Source: Patescibacteria group bacterium
Lineage (GTDB): Bacteria > Patescibacteriota > Minisyncoccia > Phycocordibacterales > UBA918
Direction: 5' to 3'
Assembly (NCBI GenBank): GCA_038065355.1
Contig: JBBTRC010000007.1
Location: forward strand, 118,580-176,844
DNA: 58,265 nucleotides
The notes under the pieces were generated by a model, which made no database searches, was not told the origin of the DNA, and worked only from the letters and a program-made list of their open reading frames with translations. Shown one piece after another: positions 27,049-36,566 of the stretch. A program made the translations under genes and the position numbers. Each line of letters opens with the position of its first letter. Within the stretch, counting starts at the first letter, position 1.

Positions 27049-27165
27049 CTACCCTTGACGTTGCTTGTGCCGCGGCTTACGTTTGTTTATCACATAGACC
27101 ACTCCACGACGCTTGACGATTTTGTCGTCAGGACTCATTTTTTTAACTGAAGATCGTACTTTCAT
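27049..27165 (-). CDS. rpmJ: 50S ribosomal protein L36
   Basis: Translated by hand because it is below the ORF-track cutoff: [38 protein letters not shown]. Lies between infA and rpsM as expected. Confidence 0.88.
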   Translation of the reverse strand: MKVRSSVKKMSPDDKIVKRRGVVYVINKRKPRHKQRQG

Positions 27166-27173
27166 ACTATTAT

Positions 27174-27401
27174 TTACAAACGTTTCATTATTCTGGCTTT
27201 ACCGCCGTATGGGTCAGTGACCATGCCAACCTTATCGCCCACCAAGACTCGAATGCGGAACTTTCGCATTTTACCCGAGAGGTACGCTAGAATGAGCTGA
27301 TCACTACCGTCCACCTTCACGCGAAAGAGCGCATTGGGTAACGCTTCTTCCACCACTCCGTAGACGAGCTCGTCTTTTACCGTTGTTGACTCCTGATCCA
27401 T
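27174..27401 (-). CDS. infA: translation initiation factor IF-1
   Basis: 75-aa S1-like OB fold (…[13 protein letters not shown]…[22 protein letters not shown]…). Confidence 0.92.
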   Translation of the reverse strand: MDQESTTVKDELVYGVVEEALPNALFRVKVDGSDQLILAYLSGKMRKFRIRVLVGDKVGMVTDPYGGKARIMKRL

Positions 27402-27469
27402 TAAACGAGGGTGAGTCTAACAAAAATATGGATAACCGTCAACACCTTCAAAAATGCCATCTGTTGATA

Positions 27470-28801
27470 TTATTCAGTTGTCTCTTTTAGTTCCTCTACT
27501 ACAATAATGTCGTCTTCGTTTTTAGGGAACTTTTGTTGCCAGAATGGTGTAATGCGGACGAGCGCGCCTTCAATCCCGGGATACGCGGTTATAGCGTTAT
27601 TTAGAGCCTTTTTTGGTAAACCGGCGAGGTCTGATTTAAGTGTATTGGCATCATATTCCCAAATAAGAAGTGGTTTGCCGGTAAGTGAGAATGTGAGCGA
27701 TGGCTCGTTTGCGATCACCGATGCGCTTGAGGTTGGCGAAGTGTATGAAAAGCTCAAAGCGGTGGGGTCATCGATGCGAATCGGCCCTCCTTCATACGTG
27801 GCAATTGTCTCTTTGGCAATAAACGCTGCGAATTCCGAAGCCCTAAACAGCGGAATTTGTAACACTGCTTGCTCTCGTATGGTTACCAAATCGTTTCCGT
27901 ATGGAACAGCCGGAAGCTGACTGTAAGTGATGGCAATAGCGCCAGGGAACGCAATGAAGTCAGCCGGTTGTTCGCCATCGACTCGTGAAAGCAGGTGGTC
28001 GCGCAGTTTAATTTGTAATGCTTGTCTGGCAGTTGCCAGCTCGTCGTCGTCAATTTGAAACTGTGGGCCATTGAACCCTCCGGTAAATGCCGCCTTATTG
28101 GTCGCGTAAATGGCTTTGTAAAGTTCATCGAAACCATTTTCTTCGAACCCCGGTATGTCAAAGCGGGTGTTGCTGGCGAGATTGTAGTTTTCGCCGACGT
28201 CGTCAGCAAACACGTCGGCGGTGATGGTGCCTGGCACACTCGCCCCACTCTCATTTTTGATGGCGCCTGGTACAACAACTGATTCTTGAATACGGAAAAT
28301 AAGGCCATCGGGTGATCGAAAGCGAGTATTTTTAATGAGACGTTCGGCACCGAGTGTGGTCTTAACGATTTCAATCTTCCCCGTCGCCTGCTTTTTGACT
28401 TCAACTTGTCCGGTTGCCTTCACTTGACTCTCATCGGTGGCCTCAATGGTCATGATTTCGTAGCTCAAGGAATTTTCACGTTTGTCCGGATAGGCGGTGA
28501 ATTCGGCGCTTACGTTAGGCTCGCGAAATTCGGGGTAGATGGTCAGTTCCGTTTTGCCGAGAAGCGCGCTCAGCAGAACCGCCCCGCCAACTACCACCAC
28601 GAATATAACCACCGCGAGAATAATATGCGACCGCTTTTTCTTGTTCCCGTTCTCGATTACCACGTTTGGAATGTCCTCTCTTGCTTCACGCACGCCTCCC
28701 TCCGAAGCGTTTTGGTCAGGTAATTCGACATCACGAAGCGGCACCCGACGCTTGCGTGGTTCGGCTGGCCTGATATCTTGGAGATTCCATTTTTGTGTCA
28801 T
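27470..28801 (-). CDS. hypothetical single-pass membrane protein with large extracytoplasmic domain (443 aa)
   Basis: Charged ~65-aa N-terminus, one TM helix (ILAVVIFVVVVGGAVLLSALL), then ~360 aa with no recognised motifs. 17 nt downstream of the FtsA-like gene. Confidence 0.6.
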   Translation of the reverse strand: MTQKWNLQDIRPAEPRKRRVPLRDVELPDQNASEGGVREAREDIPNVVIENGNKKKRSHIILAVVIFVVVVGGAVLLSALLGKTELTIYPEFREPNVSAEFTAYPDKRENSLSYEIMTIEATDESQVKATGQVEVKKQATGKIEIVKTTLGAERLIKNTRFRSPDGLIFRIQESVVVPGAIKNESGASVPGTITADVFADDVGENYNLASNTRFDIPGFEENGFDELYKAIYATNKAAFTGGFNGPQFQIDDDELATARQALQIKLRDHLLSRVDGEQPADFIAFPGAIAITYSQLPAVPYGNDLVTIREQAVLQIPLFRASEFAAFIAKETIATYEGGPIRIDDPTALSFSYTSPTSSASVIANEPSLTFSLTGKPLLIWEYDANTLKSDLAGLPKKALNNAITAYPGIEGALVRITPFWQQKFPKNEDDIIVVEELKETTE

Positions 28802-28818
28802 AGTTTCTACAGTATAGC

Positions 28819-30048
28819 TTATAAGTACTCAAATATTAAACAATGTGTTTGTTTATGGAAAAACTGAGCGGCCAAAAAAAGGGCAGAGTCGGCTTGGAGT
28901 GTGTCTGTGTTGAAATTAGGGTCTCTTTTATAATTTTGCTTGTAAATTTCATCTGTGATATTTGCGAGCGAATGGTCTAGCTTGGTCGCTCGTTTAGCTG
29001 CCTGCGCAATCAAGTCGGCAAACAGAGTCTCTGTCTTTCCGGGCACGTGCAGAGATATTTTTTTGGGAATTGAAAGCGCATCTCCCGTTTCGTGAAAAAG
29101 CTCGCTGACCCGTTCGATGTAAGCGCCAAAAATTGCTTCAATATCGACGCGCTTCGCATCGTTAAGTGACTCCATGAACAAGCGTGGTCGGTCAGAGTGC
29201 AAATAACCAAAAGCTTCGTGCAGGGGCACATTGGTCACGGCGGCAATTTCGCGTGCTAAAGAAAAAGCACCAAACGCAGTGTGCGTGCAGTAGCGAAGTG
29301 ATCCGTCACGGACGACTCCGATTTCGGTTGCTTCGTACGTAATGTCGACCAGACACACGTCATTTACATGGGAGAGCACATCTCTGGTAATACAGTACAA
29401 CATGAGAATGAATGATAATTTTCGGCTTTTGGCAGTGGGAAATAGCTTTTCACGCATATCTTCAATCACATTGATCAAATATTTTTGAGCGACCACCGTC
29501 GCCTGTGTGAGCGCCATCTCTGAAGCTTTTTCTCCTTCAGGTTCCATCACTCGGTAGCCGTTTGCGAACACATCCATAGTCGTGCGCGTTATAATCTGTA
29601 GGCCAAGGTCAGACACTGATTCATTTTCTCGCAATTCTTCCTCAATCTTCTGTTGAGTGGTAAAAACAAATTCTTCGATCAGTTCGTTCGTAATGACAAA
29701 CGGTTCATCCTGGACGTAGTTTATCGTTTTGGTGACAGTGTACGACCACGGTGCGGAAATGCCGCATTGTAAGTCCGATAGTTTGGCGCCAGGGGCATAC
29801 AGAGCGAGTGCCTTACGACCTTCGCTATCGAGACGCAGTGACACATTGACGAGCGCTGTCATGACGGCTTTGGCGGTTTGATTCATCGAATCAACTGATC
29901 GTAGTGGCACGTGCTCGCGGAACGACCAGACAATAGTCGGATGTGATTGTGTGGCGTTGGAGTGCACAATAGCGGCCAACACGCTTCCTGAACCAATATC
30001 AAAAATCACTCCGTAGCGGTCTCTACTGTGACCAGAAAAAAGCCCCAT
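28819..30048 (-). CDS. divergent actin-fold ATPase (FtsA/PilM-like)
   Basis: Phosphate-1-like YGVIFDIGSGSVLAAIV. The phosphate-2 region VCLVDITYEATEIGVVRDG aligns to FtsA LVDIGGGTTDIAV but has lost the glycines. Confidence 0.55.
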   Translation of the reverse strand: MGLFSGHSRDRYGVIFDIGSGSVLAAIVHSNATQSHPTIVWSFREHVPLRSVDSMNQTAKAVMTALVNVSLRLDSEGRKALALYAPGAKLSDLQCGISAPWSYTVTKTINYVQDEPFVITNELIEEFVFTTQQKIEEELRENESVSDLGLQIITRTTMDVFANGYRVMEPEGEKASEMALTQATVVAQKYLINVIEDMREKLFPTAKSRKLSFILMLYCITRDVLSHVNDVCLVDITYEATEIGVVRDGSLRYCTHTAFGAFSLAREIAAVTNVPLHEAFGYLHSDRPRLFMESLNDAKRVDIEAIFGAYIERVSELFHETGDALSIPKKISLHVPGKTETLFADLIAQAAKRATKLDHSLANITDEIYKQNYKRDPNFNTDTLQADSALFLAAQFFHKQTHCLIFEYL

Positions 30049-30111
30049 ATTTACCTATTATACAAGGTAAAAGGTTCATAAGAGCATGGCCTAGAGCCGT
30101 GCGGTGGATAG

Positions 30112-32010
30112 CTATTCGAGGACGGCCTTGATGCGTCGAACGCCGGCCGATGAAGATTCCTCTTTGGTGATTTTGAATACACCCTTGATATCTGACAACC
30201 TTTGTACGTGAGGCCCGCCGCAAAGCTCACGAGAAAAAATCGTTCCGTCGTTGCCTCGCACGGTGTACACTTTGACCTCGTCCGGGTATCGATCCCAAAA
30301 ACTACCTTCGACAGATGGGTCGGCTTCAGCTTGACTCTTCGGCATTGTGTCTATTGTGACTTCCCCGCCAACTTTGATAGCGTTATTTACCCACTCCACA
30401 AGTTTGTCTAGCGTGGCTCGTTCGATTTTTTCGCCGTGAGTAAAGTCAAAGCGCAGGCGTTCGCCAGTGATGTTTGAGCCAGCTTGGTGGACATGTTCGC
30501 CAACAATGTTTCGCAATGCGGCCAAGAGTAAATGAGTCGTGGTGTGATATTGCACGACTTTCTCTGAATGGTCCGCTAACCCTCCTTTGAATTTTTGTTC
30601 GGCACCGGCTCGCGACAGTGCTTGGTGCGTTTGCATTTTCGTCGCGTGTGCCGCCTCATCTACTTTTAATCCACGTTCCTCGGCTAGTTCCTTTACGAGC
30701 TCAAGCGGAAATCCGTGTGTTGTCACTAAGTCAAACACCGCGTCCGGTCGCAAACTTTCTTCTTTGTATTCACTGATTGTTAAAGCTGCGATTTTTTCAA
30801 ATTCTTTGAGCCCCCGTGACAGAGTTTTTCTAAATTGTTCTTCTTCGACGGCAATTGCTTTTGTAATAGTGTTTTTCTTTTCAGTTAAGCTGGTGTAGTG
30901 GCGTGCGTAGGTGGCGATGACGCTTTCTGATAGATTTGCTAATTCCCCGGCGGGAATGCCGAGCATGTCGGCGTAGCGCACTGCCCGGCGCAGTAGGCGT
31001 CGAACGAAGTAACCTTGCTCACTATTTGAAGGCAATACCCCATCTCCGATCATGAAAGCGGCCCCGCGAATGTGATCAGTGATAACGCGAAAAGCCTCAA
31101 GGTGCTCGGAGTATTTTTTGTTGGAAAGAGTTTCAATTTGGGTCACGATATTTGAGAGTAGATCGATTTTGAACACGTCACTGTCGCCGTTTTTAGCGGC
31201 CGCAATGCGCTCAAGTCCGCCGCCAAAATCGACATTTTGCTTGGGTAGTTTCTCAAAACCCCGGTCGGTTTTCAGATACTCCATGAACACAGAGTTGCCA
31301 ATTTCCAGAAAGCGGCCGCAATCGCAATTGGGGTGACAATGTGCGCCAAATTTCTCGTTATGGGGCGTGTTGAAGTCGTAAAAAACTTCGCTGTCCGGGC
31401 CGCCAATTTCACCGACTGGCATCTTTTCAGGGCGGCCGGCGCGACTCCACCAATTTTTGCTCGCATCGTAATAAAAAATCCGCTCTCCCGGTTGCATACC
31501 GCGCCGGCCGCCCGCCTCTTCACTTCCCATCTCTCCTATTCCGTTACTGACGCCGCGCTCCGAAAAGAGTCGCTGCCAAATTTCTGCTGCTTCGGTGTCG
31601 CGCGGTACCTGGGCAGATTCGTCACCTTGAAATACCGTCACGTAGATACGCTCAGGATCAAGTCCAATTTCATCCACCAAAAAAGAATAAAACCACGGCA
31701 GCTGTTCTTGTTTGAAATAATCACCAAGCGACCAATTACCAAGCATTTCAAAAAAGGTCGTGTGGCGGTTGTCACCCACTTCGCTAATGTCTTCGGCACG
31801 GAAACATTTTTGTGAATTTGCTAGCCGCACTCCCTTGGGGTGTGTTTCACCCATGAGGTAAGGCACCAGAGGCTGCATGCCGCTTCCGGTAAACAGCGTG
31901 GTCGGGTCATTTTCTGGCACGAGCGCGGCCGACGGGATGATTGCGTGCCCTTGCTTAGCCATGAACTCCAGATATTTCCTGCGTATGTCGTTGCCGCCCA
32001 TAAGTTTCAT
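30112..32010 (-). CDS. alaS: alanyl-tRNA synthetase lacking the C-Ala domain (632 aa)
   Basis: Motifs FTGSGMQ and RHTTFFEMLGNWSLGDYFK. Editing-domain motifs HTTTHLL and CGGPHV lie near the C-terminus. Confidence 0.88.
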   Translation of the reverse strand: MKLMGGNDIRRKYLEFMAKQGHAIIPSAALVPENDPTTLFTGSGMQPLVPYLMGETHPKGVRLANSQKCFRAEDISEVGDNRHTTFFEMLGNWSLGDYFKQEQLPWFYSFLVDEIGLDPERIYVTVFQGDESAQVPRDTEAAEIWQRLFSERGVSNGIGEMGSEEAGGRRGMQPGERIFYYDASKNWWSRAGRPEKMPVGEIGGPDSEVFYDFNTPHNEKFGAHCHPNCDCGRFLEIGNSVFMEYLKTDRGFEKLPKQNVDFGGGLERIAAAKNGDSDVFKIDLLSNIVTQIETLSNKKYSEHLEAFRVITDHIRGAAFMIGDGVLPSNSEQGYFVRRLLRRAVRYADMLGIPAGELANLSESVIATYARHYTSLTEKKNTITKAIAVEEEQFRKTLSRGLKEFEKIAALTISEYKEESLRPDAVFDLVTTHGFPLELVKELAEERGLKVDEAAHATKMQTHQALSRAGAEQKFKGGLADHSEKVVQYHTTTHLLLAALRNIVGEHVHQAGSNITGERLRFDFTHGEKIERATLDKLVEWVNNAIKVGGEVTIDTMPKSQAEADPSVEGSFWDRYPDEVKVYTVRGNDGTIFSRELCGGPHVQRLSDIKGVFKITKEESSSAGVRRIKAVLE

Positions 32011-32082
32011 TATCAGTGAATAAGCACTATAAACAAATTAAGTAGAGACGTCTACTTCTTTAAAATAACTACAGAAATTTTG

Positions 32083-32364
32083 CTATTTAGGGAACAACGC
32101 ACTGGCCGCACTGGCCGCACATTCTTCTCCAGAGCACGTCAGGAGGGTGGTGTCGAAACCGTAGAAGAGCATTTCTAAGATATAGCCTGTGACAATAAAC
32201 AGCAAACCAGCAAAAGTGAGCCAACGCTCTATTCGGAAACTTCTCAGTACTTCGTTATCGACTTTTTTTTCGTGAGCCAACTCATCGTGCGCTATGAGCA
32301 CTCCAGACACCAAAAAGACCTTCCCTATAAGACCAATCGTCAATCCCCAAAAAAGTTCATTCAT
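32083..32364 (-). CDS. small hypothetical membrane protein (93 aa)
   Basis: Three hydrophobic helices. No recognised motifs. Confidence 0.45.
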   Translation of the reverse strand: MNELFWGLTIGLIGKVFLVSGVLIAHDELAHEKKVDNEVLRSFRIERWLTFAGLLFIVTGYILEMLFYGFDTTLLTCSGEECAASAASALFPK

Positions 32365-32403
32365 GTGCGCATAATTATGTCACAGTTTGGTCATTCTGTG
32401 GGA

Positions 32404-34227
32404 TTAGCGTGTGAGTTTCTCAAGGAGTGCGATTTCCTTAGCCTGCGTCGCGAGACTGTCGGTGAAAGTGGCAATATTGGTCGCGTCAATGTCAGCCAGT
32501 TTGAAGATGTTCTCCACGGTGTCTTTGCCGCCGGCCGTTAAGAAAGCGTCAATTTTCTCCACGTACGACGGATCTTTTTTGTAGCGTTGTACCATCAAAT
32601 TACTCATCAAGTAGCCGTAGGCGTAACTGTAGACATAAAACCCATAGCGAATGTGGCTCCAATGCACGTAAGAGTAGCCGTCGTCTTCTGTCACTTCAAC
32701 GGCGTTCCCCAGATACGTCTTTAAGTGTTTCTGCATGAGTTTCGCGAGTTCTTCCTTGGTGGCCATGCCTTCGCGGCGTATGTGTGTGTGCATTTCCAGT
32801 TCAAAGTTGAAACAGGCGATTTGTCGCTGTACGGTTGCTATATTGCGCAATATTTTGTCGTGTAAAAATATAATTTTTTCTCGATCAGAGAGTTGCTCCA
32901 GGATGGACTCCAATGCCAATTGTTCGAACAACGTGCTGGCTGTTTCTGCCGTCACAATAGAAAAATCCTCATACAGCGCTGGTTGCACTTTGCTTCTTTC
33001 CGCATGAACGGCGTGCCCCATTTCGTGCGCCAGCGTCTCAAGTGATTTGTAGTTGTTTAAGTGATTTAGCATCACAAAGGTGGGTAAGCCGATGGTCGCC
33101 GACATGAAGGCGCCTCCCCGCTTACCGGCTTTGGGGTATACATCAATCTGCCCGTGTCCTAGCATGCGATCAAAAATAGCACCGTACTCTGGCTTGATGC
33201 GATAAAATGTGTCACGACAGATGGTGACCGCGGTCTCTAAGTCCGGTTCGGATAACTTGCCAAGCGAGTCATACTTCTGCACATAGGGAATACTTTTTTG
33301 TCCGTGCAGTCGAGCCTTTATTTGATAGAATTTTTTGCTGAGCGCGAAGCCTTTTGTACTGATAGCCTGAACCAACGCCTCGACGGATTTCTCGTTGTTT
33401 TCGTAAGCGAGCACAGTGCCTGAATAGGGTTTTTTGAAACCTCGCAGTTCGTCGCTGACTTTTTCGTGAGACACAATGGCGGTCAGTTCGTGCTCGGCGA
33501 ACTCGCTGATATCTTTCATTTCAGCCATAATAAGTTTCCAGAGCTCACGCTTACCAGCTTTGTTTTGTAGATCAATCCGTTCCAGAGCTTCTGGTATCGC
33601 TAGGCGTTCGCCCTTAAAGGTAATGCTTCGGTTGCTGACGACTTTGTCTACCGCATCAGACCACATGGCGCTCGAGGTTTTGGCACGTAGTTGCAAAATT
33701 CTCTCCTCCGGCTCAGTAAGGTGATGCCTTGCCGCTAGGAATTCGGTGTACAAAAAATAGCGATACTTCTGAAGGAGCGGATCGTTCAAGTAAAGCTTTT
33801 GTTGTACTTTAGGGATTTTTCCAATGGACAAACCAAAGAACAACATGTCATTGGACAGCTTTCGAAACCGTTCCCCGTACTGGCTCAATTTTTTGTTGGC
33901 TGCGGTATCATTGACGTTTAGCGTGGTACGAAAAGAAAAGTAGCGCATAACCCGTGACCCCTCCGGCATTTCCGTAAGTACCTCGTACGCGAGAAGCGCC
34001 CGCAGTAAAGACTCTGCGTCCTTAGTAAACTGTGAACGTTTAAATTTCTTGCAGAAAGCTGCAATACTTCCCTCATAAATTTTGGCGTCGATCTCGATTT
34101 GCGGATCGGTGTCGTTGGTGTAGTAGTGCTGTTTTAAGTCCCAGGCCGTTTTAATTTTTGCCAGTTTTGGTAATGTTGCGCGGGGAACGTACTGAGCACT
34201 ACTGCTTCTCGAGGCTTTTTTGGACAT
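32404..34227 (-). CDS. pepF: oligoendopeptidase F (M3B)
   Basis: ~607-aa ORF with the zinc motif HEMGHAVH. The start is ambiguous (ATG at 34254 or 34227), and both overlap the upstream gene. Confidence 0.82.
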   Translation of the reverse strand: MSKKASRSSSAQYVPRATLPKLAKIKTAWDLKQHYYTNDTDPQIEIDAKIYEGSIAAFCKKFKRSQFTKDAESLLRALLAYEVLTEMPEGSRVMRYFSFRTTLNVNDTAANKKLSQYGERFRKLSNDMLFFGLSIGKIPKVQQKLYLNDPLLQKYRYFLYTEFLAARHHLTEPEERILQLRAKTSSAMWSDAVDKVVSNRSITFKGERLAIPEALERIDLQNKAGKRELWKLIMAEMKDISEFAEHELTAIVSHEKVSDELRGFKKPYSGTVLAYENNEKSVEALVQAISTKGFALSKKFYQIKARLHGQKSIPYVQKYDSLGKLSEPDLETAVTICRDTFYRIKPEYGAIFDRMLGHGQIDVYPKAGKRGGAFMSATIGLPTFVMLNHLNNYKSLETLAHEMGHAVHAERSKVQPALYEDFSIVTAETASTLFEQLALESILEQLSDREKIIFLHDKILRNIATVQRQIACFNFELEMHTHIRREGMATKEELAKLMQKHLKTYLGNAVEVTEDDGYSYVHWSHIRYGFYVYSYAYGYLMSNLMVQRYKKDPSYVEKIDAFLTAGGKDTVENIFKLADIDATNIATFTDSLATQAKEIALLEKLTR

Positions 34228-34792
34228 GGGCAAGAAATTTCTTATACTCTTCAAAGGTGTGATTAAACTCGTGTACTATATCACTCTTTAGCCGACTATT
34301 GATCACATTGGCGACGTTTTGGTACGCTTCGATTCGCAAATCAAGGTGAGAGCCAAAATCTTGAATATAGCGATCTGGCGCTTCGTAGTATTCCTCAACG
34401 GTTGTTCTAAAATTGTGCGACTTGTCAGCGGCGGCGATGATGAGCGCCGCTTCGGGTGCGTGCTTGAGTTGTTTCGTGTAAAGTCGCTTGCGGTCTATCC
34501 AGGCCAGCTTTTCGCCACCGCTAGTCTTTGGTTCGGTCAGCGCTTGCACAATATCGGCGACATTTCCGCCAAAATCCTCCTTCAGTTCGTCGTACGTGTA
34601 GTTTGTATCCTCGAGCGTGTCATGTAGAAAGGCGGCGGTCAGAGTGTCTTCGTCGGTCGTGTAGTCACGGATGATAAGCGCCACGGCCATGAGATGAGAA
34701 ATGTACGGTATCGGCAAGGAGCCTTGGCGAAGCTGGTCTTCGTGGAGGATGGCCGCCGCGCGGATAGCTTGCTCAATCTTGTACGTGTACAC
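34199..34792 (-). CDS. HD-domain (p)ppGpp-hydrolase-like protein (SpoT/Mesh1-type, stand-alone)
   Basis: 197-aa ORF with motifs ISHLMAVALI and AAFLHDTLEDT, typical of the RelA/SpoT hydrolase domain. Confidence 0.7.
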   Translation of the reverse strand: MYTYKIEQAIRAAAILHEDQLRQGSLPIPYISHLMAVALIIRDYTTDEDTLTAAFLHDTLEDTNYTYDELKEDFGGNVADIVQALTEPKTSGGEKLAWIDRKRLYTKQLKHAPEAALIIAAADKSHNFRTTVEEYYEAPDRYIQDFGSHLDLRIEAYQNVANVINSRLKSDIVHEFNHTFEEYKKFLAHVQKSLEKQ

Positions 34793-34811
34793 AAAGAATC
34801 CTTATTAGCCG

Positions 34812-35081
34812 TTAATGCTGTACCCTTTTTGCCTCTTCAGCCTGTTTATCTCGTTGCCTGTCAAGCTCAGTTTCCTGTTGGTTGATCTCTCTTTGAGTTC
34901 GCTCTAGTTCTCTATTAGTGTCTTCAATATCGCGTTCATATTTTTGTTGCAGTTTCTGAATTTCGTTGCGCTCTTCACGTTGCATGTCCATAATTTTCGC
35001 GTTGAGTTCATTCTGCTTTTCACGCAACGTGCGAAGCTGGGCTTCAAGTCTGGATATATCAAAGTTGGTCATATGAGTCAA
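34812..35081 (-). CDS. hypothetical coiled-coil protein (89 aa)
   Basis: Highly charged, heptad-like sequence (…QREERNEIQKLQQKYERDIEDTNRELERTQREINQQETELDRQRDKQ…). Confidence 0.45.
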   Translation of the reverse strand: MTHMTNFDISRLEAQLRTLREKQNELNAKIMDMQREERNEIQKLQQKYERDIEDTNRELERTQREINQQETELDRQRDKQAEEAKRVQH

Positions 35082-35335
35082 ATTATAACACCTTCGTCCA
35101 TAAGGAGCCGTCGCTTCACAGATTCGCCGCCGCGGTTATAACCGCCTGCTCTGCCGTCATTACGAATGACGCGATGGCACGGTACGGTTGGATCAAAGTT
35201 GTTGGCCATAATGTTGGCAACCGCTCGGGCAGCGGCCGGCTTGCCGGCCGCTGCCGCGACTTCTTTGTACGACAGCGTTTTTCCCTTTGGAATATTTCGT
35301 ACCACCGCTTTGACTTTGTCGCTGAAAGTTGTCAT
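35078..35335 (-). CDS. ogt: methylated-DNA-protein-cysteine methyltransferase, C-terminal catalytic domain only (85 aa)
   Basis: Active-site motif PCHRVI is present. The usual N-terminal domain is absent. Confidence 0.8.
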   Translation of the reverse strand: MTTFSDKVKAVVRNIPKGKTLSYKEVAAAAGKPAAARAVANIMANNFDPTVPCHRVIRNDGRAGGYNRGGESVKRRLLMDEGVII

Positions 35336-36117
35336 TTTTTTGTAGCTAAGTGAATCGCTTGTAATTTTTTTCCGGCGGCTTCGCGGTACGGACAGTACTC
35401 GCAGAGCGGTCCTGTCTTCGGCAATACCGCTGACTCAAGTGTGCGTTTAATATCGCTCAAGGTTTTGTCTATCCAGGCAATGTCAGTTTCAACCGATACC
35501 AAAGTAGTTTCAAACACAAGTTTGTCGTCAAATGCGTCAAGGTTTTTGTCGGCGTTTGCGTAAACCAAATACCCGGTCGGACTCACAGAGAAACCATTTT
35601 GCTCCAACAGCCAACGGTAGACGCCGAGTTGGCGGGTATACTGGAGTTCCCACGGACTGTCGCCAAGCGCTTCAATTTTGCCATTTTTTGAGGTGGATTT
35701 ATAGTCGACAACAATCAATGTACCGTCTTGTTTCACCCATATATCATCGATAGCGCCGCTCACCAAGAGACCAGTTGGTTTGTCTCTGTGGGTAATACCG
35801 GAAAAATTGTCTCGCCATTCATTTAATTTTTTATGCGCAAATGGTACGGCGTCGATTTTGTACTTTTTCATGAGCGTGTGGGGCGTGCCCGCCTCTCGGT
35901 GAACATCAAATTCCTTTTTAAAAAGTTCGTCAACGGCCAAGTTGAGATTGAAAGATGGAAAACCTGGTCGTTTTGTACCCAGTTTATTGTCGAGGTAGAA
36001 ACACCGCGGACATTCAACAAAGAAATCAATTTTTGAGCGTGAAAGCCGCCACTTACTGCCGCCGTAGTTCCAGTCTGCTCCGCGATCAGGATTGTATTTC
36101 TTGATAAATTCCGCCAT
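35332..36117 (-). CDS. PD-(D/E)XK nuclease with Cas4/AddB-like cysteine cluster
   Basis: Start at MAEFIKK. Has CPRC near the N-terminus and CEYCPY near the C-terminus. Core is GAIDDIW…VVDYKST (D…D/ExK). Confidence 0.65.
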   Translation of the reverse strand: MAEFIKKYNPDRGADWNYGGSKWRLSRSKIDFFVECPRCFYLDNKLGTKRPGFPSFNLNLAVDELFKKEFDVHREAGTPHTLMKKYKIDAVPFAHKKLNEWRDNFSGITHRDKPTGLLVSGAIDDIWVKQDGTLIVVDYKSTSKNGKIEALGDSPWELQYTRQLGVYRWLLEQNGFSVSPTGYLVYANADKNLDAFDDKLVFETTLVSVETDIAWIDKTLSDIKRTLESAVLPKTGPLCEYCPYREAAGKKLQAIHLATKK

Positions 36118-36186
36118 GCAAACAGTATAGCACCGCCTTTTAGGATACAGAAAACGCACCGTGAGGTGCGCTTCTTAACTCTTGCT

Positions 36187-36465
36187 CTACCGATAAAGAA
36201 AGTACAGAAAGATAGTCAGGAGAGACAAAAGCATCGAAATGGCTAGTGAGCACATCGGTGCCCAACTTTTTTTGATGTAGAACTCAATAGCAAAACAACC
36301 CTGTATGAACGCAAACATCACAAACATGATAACCGAAATACCGGCTGTTTCATGTGTTTGAATGATTTTGAGTGGTTGCGGAACAAGAGCGGCGACGTTC
36401 GCAAAACTCATTGCAAACATCACTGCATTCCAGTGAAACTTTTTGACGAACTGTTCACGGGTCAC
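36187..36465 (-). CDS. SemiSWEET / PQ-loop family small transporter (92 aa)
   Basis: Three TM helices and the PQ motif VPQPLKIIQTHETAGIS. GTG start 5 nt after GGAGG. Confidence 0.65.
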   Translation of the reverse strand: MTREQFVKKFHWNAVMFAMSFANVAALVPQPLKIIQTHETAGISVIMFVMFAFIQGCFAIEFYIKKSWAPMCSLAISMLLSLLTIFLYFLYR

Positions 36466-36522
36466 TCTAACCTCCCTAGATTTCTAACTCTAGGATAACA
36501 TACAAGTTGCGTTAAGTCAAAC

Positions 36523-36547
36523 AAAAAGCCCGCAAACGCGGGCTTTT
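36523..36547. terminator. bidirectional Rho-independent terminator
   Basis: aaaaa-gcccgc-aaac-gcgggc-tttt, just downstream of the 36567 gene. Confidence 0.8.
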
Positions 36548-36566
36548 GAAACGTCACCACCTTTCT

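Noticed and set aside
34199-34254. 29-56-nt overlap between the HD hydrolase gene and pepF, considered as possible frameshifting or fusion.
   Set aside because: The frames differ and each protein is complete with its own motifs. The overlap depends on which pepF ATG is used (34254 or 34227) and is within the range of ordinary overlapping genes.
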